The notes under the pieces are model-generated. The model did not search any database. It was not told the origin of the DNA and saw nothing but the letters and a program-made list of their open reading frames with translations. From the NCBI RefSeq assembly GCF_009914755.1, contig NC_060937.1: 64,000 bases of DNA. One strand, given 5' to 3'. A program made the position numbers and the translations under genes. This DNA is from the human T2T-CHM13v2.0 reference genome, Homo sapiens. Below are positions 52,892 through 64,000 of the stretch, piece by piece (position 1 is the first letter of the stretch; each line of letters begins with the position of its first letter).

Positions 52892-54128
52892 TCTTTAACC
52901 ATTATGCCTTAGCTTAGTTCAGTACAGAAATAACTTGTGTTTTCAAAAGGCCAATTAAACACTTACTTCTTTTTGAGAATCTATGAAATAGTTTTAAGTA
53001 GCAAAGTCAACAACAGTTAACATAATTAAAATGGCATTTTTAGTAAGAATTTTATTCCAACTTGTATTAATGTTTATTTAAAAATATTCTTGCCTTGTGA
53101 ACCCATCTGTTTCCTGCCTATTATGCTACCTAAATTCTGTAATCATAGTACTCAAGGGAGATTTTCACATAATTTTTTTCATGATATAGAAAGCATTCTA
53201 CATTTCATTCAAAAGAAATAATTTGATTCAAACTCCAAAGTAGCTGGGAAGAAACTGTTGATAAAATTAAAAACTGAGACGTCTTCCTGAGTTAAGTTTT
53301 TTCTTATTGTAAGTGACTGTATTATAAATTTCCTTCTCTTGACAGAAAAAAAAAAAGAAAGATCTCCAGTCAGTCAATGAGTCACAGTTTTGAACTTTAA
53401 AAATTCTCACTAAAACAGCAGCAATATTCTTTTGAATATATGACTTTCAAATCACCTTTTGAGCATATTGAAATCAATTAAACAATAAGTATATTCTCAT
53501 TTACAAAAGAAATCAATCAGCTGTCATTTTTGATTGATTATTCTTAGTTGGAGTGGTATTTAATTTATGAATTTATTACACATTTTTTCAACTACTATAA
53601 AATGGCATATGAATTAGGAGTGATGTCTCATAGTAAATGGACAAAAATTTTAGTCATCTCTCAATACATTTTGTGAAGTCTTTCTTGAACCATAGGATCA
53701 GCTGTTATTGAATAAGGTAGGTTATTTTTATTAAGCATGAAATGATATTGCCTTACTATACTGTCAAGGACAAGCACATTCGCAAAAATTGAACCTAAAA
53801 TATGTGCCCAGGGCAAATTAAGCTAACTATATTTTGTGTATGCATATGATATTCAAAAACACCATATGTAATACCTTTCACTGCGAAAATATGCTTTATA
53901 GGACCTAAGTAATCTTTGTGAATAAGCTTACCTAATGTACACCCCAGTAACCCTCCACAGGTCACTGACCACTGTCATTGTCTAAATATAAATCAGAAGA
54001 ATGCTTTCTATATCCACATTTTGAGATTATCGAATTGGAACCATTGATAACAAAAGTAGTATGGTAGGTATAGTCTTCCCAGAGTGAATAAGAATTTTAT
54101 CACTGGCATTGTTTATAATTACTACAGT

Positions 54129-54567
54129 TGTCACTGAACCAAACTAGGCCTGGTTGCCTGCACACAATGGAAATCCATCAACACTGAAGCACTGGGTTTT
54201 GCAGTAAGAAAGGTTTACTGCAACTGGACTGGCAAAGGGACAGGAGAAAACGCTCCAATCTGTCTCCCAGAGCTAGGGGCTGGGTGAGGTTTTGCAAGCA
54301 TAGGGCAATGAGGCATGGTCTGATTGTTCCTTGGTCTTGATCCAAGCCAGGGCTCGATCTGATTGGATCCTGGATCCTGCCATGGGTTGTCTGCTTCTTA
54401 ATTCAGTCCCCACTCTTCCATCAGAGCACTTAGGTTCTGCCTGTGGTTGCAGGCTTGGTCCATCTGGGCATGCTCAGTTTATGTGACCTTCAACCTGCAG
54501 GATCCATGACAACTGAAAACCACCTCACAACTTTGTGACATAAAAGTTGAACCAGGTTGGTTTGACA
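54129..54567 (-). mobile_element. ERV1-type solo LTR (MER31/MER101-like, family uncertain)
   Basis: TGTCA...TGACA termini; GC-richer block; GAAAGGTTTACTGC...CAATCTGTCTCCCAGAGC like antisense ERV1 LTRs. Confidence 0.7.
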
Positions 54568-55269
54568 TTTAGTCAGTACTATTATTATTTTTAAATTATC
54601 TACTAAGAATCCATTTTCTTATCACCTGTACCATATCAGACTGCTTCCTCTTTCCTCCACCCTTAATACACCACTGCTTGCTATCAGTATTTTTTATTAG
54701 TTTCTGAAAAGTAAAATCCTGTCTTCTTCGAAGTGTGGAAACCACATATTTTATTTAAAAATGAAGCTAAGTAGGAAATTCATTTTGTTCTTTGGCAACT
54801 TCCTACACCACCACTTTTATTTTTTTACCTCTTGCTTAAAGATTTTTTTTTTCAAAGACGATGCTTCTTCTAGGACACATTTAGCATTGCAGCTTTGTCT
54901 CTGGGAAGAATCTAGAAAAGCAAAGGTAAAATCTGCATGGTTGCTAGAGATTGGGGATGGAAAAAAAGAAAATGAACTTAACTGTATCAATGACTGTTTT
55001 CTTCATGGTGAGGAAGTAATTTTTTATTAAATGTATCTTATTTCATTTACAAAGAGCATGGGCTGTTGAAACTGTTATGGAAGTGGCACATGGTCATGGT
55101 ACCTATTTTTGTGATCATGAAAAGAGCAGGAAATTGTTTGAGTTGCATTAACCTACAATTAGAGTTATGACAAAATAAGCAAAAAAAAAAAAAAAAAAAA
55201 AACAGTCTAAAATGGGAGGGGAGCATTCATTTAGACTCCATTGTGTGACGAAGTTTATGGCAGGCATGT

Positions 55270-55460
55270 AAGCATATAACATGTGTTATTTTACATAACA
55301 TTTTCAACAATCCCGCAAAGTATTTATCCTTATCTTCATTTTAGAGGTAGGTAAACTGGAGATCAAAAAGTTTTAATAATTTGCCAAAATTCCCAGAGCT
55401 AGTAAGTAGCATAAAGAATTTGTAGCAAGATTAGCCTAACAGTTTGTTCTCATCTCATTG
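55270..55460 (-). mobile_element. MIR SINE
   Basis: CATTTTAGAGGTAGGTAAACTGGAG...TTTGCCAAAATTCCCAGAGCTAGTAAGTAGC. Confidence 0.65.
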
Positions 55461-55724
55461 TACCCAAAATGCAAAAATTTAAAAGAAAATGTATATGACA
55501 GTTGAGTCTCAGCTCATAAAAAGATCCTTATGGGAAAACTAAGGCAATAATAAAAAATAGTAATTCTTATTGTATGGTCATTATATTTTAGTTTGCAGTG
55601 GAAGAATTCCTATCTCTGATTAAGGAAGGTAGGAAAAATTGGTAACTGAAGAATTATTTCACAAGCTCACTTCTATTAACTGCTGTCACTAAAGAACCAA
55701 ACAATTCATCCAACCAAAGTCCTC

Positions 55725-56179
<455 letters not shown>

Positions 56180-56346
56180 GTCAGAATGAAGACCACTTAC
56201 TGTTTGTTACAAAGGAACGAAACCATAGGAATCTGCATAATTTATTACATGTTTCACACTTTGTGATTACACACTTGATATACCTGTTACTCTTACATCT
56301 TATACTTTTTAAAGAGAGCATTCAGGATCCAGTGAAAAATAATTTC

Positions 56347-56822
56347 TGCTATTCACAATAACAAAGACATAGAATTAACTCAAAGGCCCATCAGTGATAG
56401 ACTGGGCAAATAAAATGTAGACACCATGGAATACCATGCAGCCATAAAAATGAACAAGATCATGTCCTTTGCAGGGACCTGGATGGAGCCAGAAGCCATT
56501 ATCCTCGGCACACTAACACAGGAACAGAAAACTAAACGCTGCATGTTCTCACTTATAAGTGGGAGCTGAACAGTGGGATCTCATGGACACGGGAAGGGGA
56601 ACAACACACACTGGGGCTTAGCGGGGGGCAGGGGAAGGGAGATCATCAGGATAGATAGCTAATACATGTGGGGCTTAAAACCTGGGTGATGGGTTGATAG
56701 GTGCAGCAAACCATCATGGCACAAGTTTACCTATGTAACAAACCTGCACATCCTGCACATATATCCTGAAACTTAAAAGAAATAAAATAAAATAAAATAA
56801 ATAAAATAAAATCCAAAAAAAA
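56347..56822 (+). mobile_element. L1PA 3' end, 5'-truncated
   Basis: CTATTCACAATAACAAAGAC...CATGTCCTTTGCAGGGAC...TCTCACTTATAAGTGGGAGCTGAAC...ACCTATGTAACAAACCTGCAC; (TAAAA)n tail. Confidence 0.95.
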
Positions 56823-59800
56823 GGAAAAGCAATGTCTGGTACAAACATAAGCTTAAACAATGTTTGCAGAGTAAATGAAACAGCATCAAAAGATAAAAAT
56901 ATATAGCCATGTTTAGAGTACTAATCCAAAGATCTCAGTCTTTAATAATATTTCCACCAGAAAATTTTAGTATTCAAATATATTTGGCAACATAAATTCA
57001 TTAAAATTTGGTTATCCAATGTTTTCTTTGTTGACTGTTACAACAAAAATATACCTCTCTGAAATTTTAAATTGTAACAGAATGAAGGAAACCACTGGAT
57101 GATGTTATATCAAAATACCCTAAATTGTGTTAATAAAATCGTATACTTACTTAAGATAAACTAAGTAAGAGGATAACCACCTCTCAATTTCAATGAGAGA
57201 AAAGCAATATGTTTACCTAGTCTACTCTGGAAGAAGTTGTTTTGTAATCCCTTCCAAGAAATGCTTCTCCCAAGAAATAGACATGTTTTCGAAGACATAA
57301 AAAACAAGCAATACGCATAGAACACAAGGTAAATTTAAGAACATGTTGCTCTAAATTCATTGTGAAAATGTATGTTATTTAGTGCTAATCCATTCCTTTG
57401 GTTGGGAGGGTGTCAGTTTTGACTTAAACCTTCAAAAGGCTGTTGAAAAATTGCTGACCACTTCAGTCTTCAAGGCACTCTACAAATTCTACCCCATTTA
57501 TAATGTAAAAAATGTATTCAGCTAAAGTCTAAATTACAAAATAAGATGATTAGGCCCTGTTAAATTATATTGTTAATAATCAGAGCTTAGAAAAATAACA
57601 CAGCAATCCTTAAACACATTTTGATTCAATTGTTTCTGCTTGCATGAAAAAACATTTGATAACAATGAAATAGAAAACTTAGTTTTCTATAAAGTTTTCA
57701 AACTGTAATAAAATGCTGTACTGTAAATCCAAAATGACCTGCAAAACTCAGGGGGAAAGTGAATATGATCTCTTTCCAGTTATTCTAGCAGAGACAATAT
57801 AATTTTTGAACTTCCTGACAGCTCTATTGCTTTCTCTACCATGAGCTGGCAATGCGTTACTGGTGCCTTCATCAAGAACTGTTCTTTCACCTAACACTGC
57901 AAAGTCAAAATTTCACCTATCATGTGTGTATGACACTGTAGCTTGAAACAGACAGAACAAATTGAATTATGCTGAAAATACACAGGAATTATAGATTAAT
58001 AGAAGCAAATTAGTATTCTCTTCATGTCTTTCCATGTTTTAAACAATGCTATTTTAAAAATTCAGATGAAAATGTTTTCATTTGTAGAGAAATGTTATTT
58101 GTGATGAATATGTAAAGATATTTAAAAATTTTTATTTAGATTTCATAGAAGTAGACTGAGCTTGCTGATTGTGTTTAATACTTTAAAAATTAGTAAATAC
58201 TGATTGCTTGAGTAAGAGGTAGTGTATGGGCAGGACACTGATTTTTATTCATCTTTAGTGTTTTCACAATTTAAAACATATGGTTGAAAATAACAGGAAA
58301 TTATCTTTTTCCATCACAAATTAAGAAAAAATGACATTTTTACAGCTTTAAAATAACACTCAGAAGATTCTAGCAAAAATAGTTTGACTATAAATACAAA
58401 CATTATGCTATTATTAGATGTTATACTGATAGCCTTCCCAGGCTTGAATGTAATATTGTGCTTCAGGACAATGTATACAAAAATAAATGGAAAAAGTTTT
58501 ATCCACATTTATGTCAAGTGTTTTGTTTGGAGAGTGTACTATACAGAACAATTAACTTAAAAGGATCAAGTCCATGTGGAAAGGAAGACTATCAGAGGAG
58601 AATGCAAGGAAGGAAATGTTTTGCAGATGTACTGCATTTAAATTAATAAAATCTCATTAGGTTTTATGTTTGCCAATAACGGCTGGAAAAGTTACCATAC
58701 ATTGTAGGAACAATTACCCAAATCTTCACTGTCTCATTAGGTTTGTCATACTGTTTTCATTATAATACATTAGAACTTGCAAGTGAGCCTTCAGTAATGA
58801 CATATTGTTCCAATTCTCCTTTCAGCAGGCTCTAAGATATTTTAGTATTTGTGCTATAAGCCAGCAGGTGTCTTCACTTTGCTTTTTCTGAATCAGTTTT
58901 ATACACAGACCTCCAGACACAGAATGGAATGTAAAAGGGCTTTCAACAACCACATAAAACTGAGTCTGATTAGAGTAAAGCAATACACACTATTTTTATG
59001 ATTTTATGGTAATTCAACGCACGAAAAATGTGCACCTTTAGAGTATATGTCTGTGCTAGTAAGACCTGTTAGTGAGAGCTGTATTAATGTAGATAAACCA
59101 TGCAGTATATAAAGTTTAAAGATTTGCATAACAAATGGAAGACATAGAGCTGATTTGAATATCTAAAGCATTATAAACTTCAATAAGAACAACCAACACT
59201 GTTTGAGCTTTCAAGGCACTTGCATTCAAATGAGAAAGATTTAAAAAGGATACGATTTTTAAAATGCTTTGAAGCTTCCTATTAAAGGTCTTAGGCAGCT
59301 CAAGGTTAAAATAAATATTGGATTTAAGGTGGGTGAGAAAAGACTTAGAAGCAATTTAAAGTAGAAATCACTTAGCAGTGGAATAGAATGAATGTTTATA
59401 GTTAGTGTAATTGTCACCTGACCTTCAAAAAACAAAGAGCCACTCTACACCATCCACAAGAATGAAAAAAGTTAGCCAAAAAAGACATCCAAATTTCTAC
59501 CCTAATCATTTCTTAAAATTAGAGTAAATTATGACTCAAAAATGTTTTTCCTAGAAAAATAAATGTCCCCCCCAACAAGTGTAGCTCAATCTAAATGCTT
59601 GAAACAATAAAGATCAAAGTACCTGCTAATGCACTAAGCTATCATTATAGTGAAATAGCGTTCTATGATGTGTCCTTTTCTGAAGCAGGTGAGAACTCAC
59701 AGATATCTTCTCCTATCATTGTGCCAAATAAGGGAACAAAAGCTGTCGCTAAATGGGTTACAGTACTCTTAATAGTTACGATACACGAATTGGTGAGTGT

Positions 59801-60538
59801 TGGGCAATTTTTTAATTTTATGATTGAAGGATAATAAGTAAAGACTAAAAGAACAATCTCTTAGAAGGACTTTTAAAATGATCAAATACTTTTTGACATT
59901 AGAATATAGAAATATTATTTTGTGGGATATAAATGTACCAATATATTTATAAGCACTTATATAATGCATCATGCATATTTTACAGAATTACTATCATAAA
60001 ATATATAAAAATACATATTATACAGAAAGAAACAAAGTACAGGCCTTCCCTCAAGCAAAAAATAATGGTTTACCAAACCTTCTGATTACAAATTACTTTA
60101 CTTACAGTTCTTTAGAAAGAAAGGAAATAGCCATTCACCCACAGGCTCCTCTCCCACAGCAAGTCACTGGTGACATTTCCTGTATGCCATGTGTGGACTG
60201 TTGGGAGAAGGTGGCTTAATTTACTTTGCTTGAATTCTGCTGTGCCAGGGCATCATTTTAGCAATTATCTAACAAGCTTCTGAAATCTATAGAAAAGCAT
60301 CTGCAGCACACTTTTCATTGCTAAGTTGGATATACTAATGAAACACTTTTATAACCACTATCTATTATGTAAAGAAAATGTTTTCTTCCAAGTATTTGTA
60401 CTCAATGTATATGATTATTATATATAATATTTGCAAATTATTTTTTCCAATAAGCATGGTTGTTTTCAAAAGGACCCTTACAAGGGTCCTTTTTGATAAA
60501 TTCAAAATCAAGCAAGATTTGAACATAGCTTGGAAAAT

Positions 60539-60571
<33 letters not shown>

Positions 60572-60698
60572 TATATATATACTTTTATATATTTGTGTGT
60601 GTTTTTGTGTTTTATATATACACACACAGATATAAAAGTATATATATGGTGTGTGTGTGTGTGTGTATATATATGTATATATATATATATACATATAT
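60539..60698. repeat. (TA)n/(CA)n/(TG)n complex forming an inverted repeat
   Basis: left arm ...CACACAGTATATATATACTTTTATAT versus right arm ATATAAAAGTATATATATGGTGTGTG... Confidence 0.88.
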
Positions 60699-61811
60699 AG
60701 CTGAAAATAACAGAACTGATTAGAAGACATCTGTAAAGTCCTTTGCCTTAGATAACTTAATTGTATTAAGTTACAAAGAATAAGAAAATTTAGTCCTCAA
60801 ACAGAGTCCTGCTAACCTTTTAACCTGTCACTTCTTGTACGTGTCCCATTCATATCTCACATATTTCTTGAGGGAATTGAACACCTATTTATTGATTGCT
60901 TAATCTGAAAGTATGGATACAAAACATGGATGATCTAAATTTCTGATGCTTTATCAGTGTCCTTTACCTATATTAAGCATTTTATTAGAGCATACTTAGG
61001 AAGAAGAAACTATCATTATCATCATCATTCCTACATACAGATGAGAAAACAAAGACACAACGAGGCTAACCAAGGTCAGATAATAAGTGGCTTAAAAGGA
61101 ATGTGAAACCAGAGGGCCTAGATCTGTAGACTTAGAGATGTGAAGACTACATTCTCAACCATTAGTTGTACATACAATCTTCTCAAGAATTCGTTTGTAG
61201 TCAATACGAACATTTTTACAGGAGGTGTTTTGAACCCAATTTCCAAACACTCTCTGTCTTTGTTTCTGTCTCTTTCTCCCTCACACTCTCTTTCTGTCTC
61301 TTTCACTCTCTCTCATTCTCTTTCATATATATAGAGATATCTATGATATACTTCTAGGTCTATCATTTATGTGTGTACGTTCATGAAAATTATTGAGGTA
61401 CATTTAGCAACAGGTTTTTGCCCTGTTTGTCACACAGAAAGAACAATATGTCTATGAAACATTATCTGTCTTTAAAGACATCGTTCTTTTTGTCTATACA
61501 TATACATGACAGGAAGAGTTCATGAAGAGATTAATTTTTGAAGACTTGCGTTCATTATCATATGACAGGAATATGTCATAAATGCCTCAGAGTTCTTATG
61601 GACTCCTCTCTTGAGTTATCCTCTCTAAATATCTACGTTATTTCAGATAGTCCATGAGAAAACAAGGTAGTCGAGTTAGATCACTGCTTTTCAGTTCAGT
61701 TGTGGAGACATAGCCACAAAGATTTGTATATAGTAATGAATTTTTCCCTACTGCTTTTTTTTCCTGACTAGTATCAGTTTCTAAATAATAGTATTATAGA
61801 AATAAAATATG

Positions 61812-62279
61812 TATGCACATGTACATTCATTGCAGCCCTATCTGCAATAGCAAATACATGGAATCAACCTAAATGGCCATCAATGATAGACTGGATAAAT
61901 AAAATATGTTATATATACACTATGGAATACTATGCAGCCATAAAAAGAATAAGGTTATGACCTTTGCAGGGACATGAATGGAGCTGGAGGCCATTATCCT
62001 TAGCAAACTAACACAGGAGGAGAAAACCAAATAATGTCTGTCCTCACTTATAAATGGGAGCTAAATGATGAGAACACATGGACACTTAGAGGAAAACAAC
62101 ACACACTGGAGATTATTGGAGGGTGGAGGGTGGGAGGATGGAGAGGATCAGGAAAATTGACCAGGGGATACTAGCATAATATGTCAATAATGAGATAAAC
62201 TGTACAACATATCCCCATGACACAAGTTTACCTATGTAACAAACCAGCACATGTACCCCTGAACTTAAAAGTTAAAATA
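61812..62279 (+). mobile_element. L1PA 3' end, 5'-truncated
   Basis: ATGGAATCAACCTAAATGGCCATC...ATGGAATACTATGCAGCCATAAAAAG...CACATGTACCCCTGAACTTAAAAGTT. Confidence 0.95.
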
Positions 62280-62568
62280 GGCCGGGTGTGTTGGCTTATG
62301 CCTATAATCCCAGCACTTCGCAAGGCCAAGGTGGGCAGATCGCTTGAGGCCAAGAGTTTGAGACCAGCCTGGCCAGTATGGTGAAACCCCGTCTCTACTA
62401 AAAATGCAAAAATTAGCCGGGTCTGGTGGCGCCTGCCTGTAATTCCAGCTACTTGGGAGGCTGAGGTGGGAGAATCGCTTGAACCCGGGAGGTGGAAGCT
62501 GCAGTGAGCCAAGTTTGTGGCTCATGAAGGAGAGAGGCCCTGTCTCAAAAAATAAATAAATAAACTAA
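62280..62568 (+). mobile_element. AluS inserted in the L1 tail
   Basis: Alu body directly after the L1 end; TTAAAAGTTAAAA-like TSD on both sides. Confidence 0.93.
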
Positions 62569-62854
62569 TTAATTAATTGATTTAAAAAGTTAAAAGAAAT
62601 ATAAGGTAATTGAAAGGAATGACGTGATATGTTCATCAAGAAAAAGTAGTTAGTGGGTACCCCTGATCCTATAGCAGCTTCAAAAAATTTTTCCAAGAAA
62701 CATCTTGGCTTTAGGTACCTGTAAAAATAATGACATATAATTAGGATTACACTGGTACCATGATAAATCTTACTATGTCTTCCTTTAAGGCTGGAGAAAT
62801 GGCACAAATATGGATATACTATTCCGTATTTTCCTTAATGTTTTTTAGTTTTAG

Positions 62855-62855
<1 letters not shown>

Positions 62856-62888
<33 letters not shown>
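62856..62888. repeat. (CA)n microsatellite
   Basis: perfect dinucleotide run. Confidence 0.95.
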
Positions 62889-62889
<1 letters not shown>

Positions 62890-64000
62890 TGCATGCTTTA
62901 TATTTTAAATTTTCACTTAGTGCTTTGTAAGGCATACATATAAAAAATAATACATTTTGGTTAAACAACATTTTAAGAAGTAAGTCCTTATTTTTCACTA
63001 CATTATGAGACAAAAATTCCTAGAAATATACCAGGATATCTAATCTCATTATTATTCTTAATAAACTTTATAACCTTGACCAAATTGCATTAACTTCTCT
63101 TGGCCTCATTTTCAGTTTTAATTTTGGGCTTAACATTTTTAATTCCAATAATTTTGCACTCTAATCTTCAAAATTTTTTTTTATAAATCTTTTCCATTCG
63201 CAGGTTGTTCAATGCACTTTTTGTGTAAGTTCGATTAGCCAATATTCTGGATTAGTGAGATACATTTTACAAGCAAATCTCAAATGACCACATAATCTAA
63301 GAATTGTAAGATATTTTAAAATGGACATTTTTGTTAACATTTCTCTGTTTTGCTCTTAAGATATTAAATATGCCTACTACTCTTATTTTATCCAGGTATG
63401 AACTGTGTCCTACTAGACCTTGTATTTATATGGACTTTGAAAATGACTTACATAACTGAGCTGGTAGTTAGATATACTTCCAGATAAAGACATACTCCAT
63501 TTTAGCTCATTTCTTAAAAAAAAAACAAAAAAAACAAATTTGTCTTGATTTTATTTTTATTTTAAAATCAGCAGGCAAACTAAAATGTTGGTTCAAGCCA
63601 GTACTCAGCAAGTCTATATAGATTTTAATTAATTTAACTAATTAATTGATTATTTTTAAGTGGTAAGAAGACAATGGAGGTAAGAAAATAGAATCAAACT
63701 GCTTGCCACTTTATTTTGAAAACAACTTATTTTCCTTGTAGTTTGGTTCTTAGTATTTACTAGAGAATGTCTTTTCTCATTTGCCTTTATAATGTCTTTT
63801 TGTTGGCTTGTCGGCATCTCATTACATTATTTAGTTTTATATTGCATTTGTAGTATAACAAATTACTCCCTAATGTAAAATGACCAACACTTAGAAACAA
63901 ACATAAAATTGAAAGTAACAAAATTGTTATTAGAGGGAAATCATCCATAATAAGGAAAATAGTAGACTAAATTGTTTTCAGTTTATTTATGAATATATGC

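Noticed and set aside
55181-55202. Isolated poly-A as the tail of a processed pseudogene
   Set aside because: No upstream coding similarity and no TSD found
58652-58745. TCTCATTAGGTTT repeated 80 bp apart
   Set aside because: Only 13 bp and two copies; too weak to call an array or a TSD
60468-60495. Rho-independent terminator or histone stem-loop
   Set aside because: Eukaryotic context with no upstream gene, and it does not match the histone 6-bp stem / 4-nt loop consensus; kept only as a palindrome
60365-60730. 121-aa ORF rich in Y/I/H/T
   Set aside because: It is a translation of dinucleotide microsatellites

Overview
AT-rich primate (most likely human or great-ape) genomic DNA. I found no protein-coding exon, RNA gene, CpG island, processed pseudogene or CRISPR array that I can support; it reads like a long intron or gene desert. 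It is dominated by transposable elements: 12 Alus (including two young AluY-type copies), a near full-length THE1A provirus, a THE1D solo LTR, MLT1 and ERV LTRs, L1PA/PB 3' ends, long decayed L1M tracts, L2/L3/MIR relics and MER3/MER20/MER58/MER63 DNA transposons. The ORF-track entries are best explained as chance ORFs or repeat-derived frames. The most notable structures are: a minisatellite with 12/18-bp higher-order periodicity grown from an L1 motif (31.0-31.2 kb); a ~45-bp locally templated insertion at the 5' end of an AluJ; a very small twin-priming inversion in an L1; a fold-back inverted repeat built from microsatellites beside a perfect hairpin (60.5 kb); and a candidate recursive splice site. 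I see no convincing evidence of a new multi-gene system. Subfamily calls come from remembered consensus sequences, boundaries of old elements are approximate, and both need RepeatMasker/Dfam confirmation.
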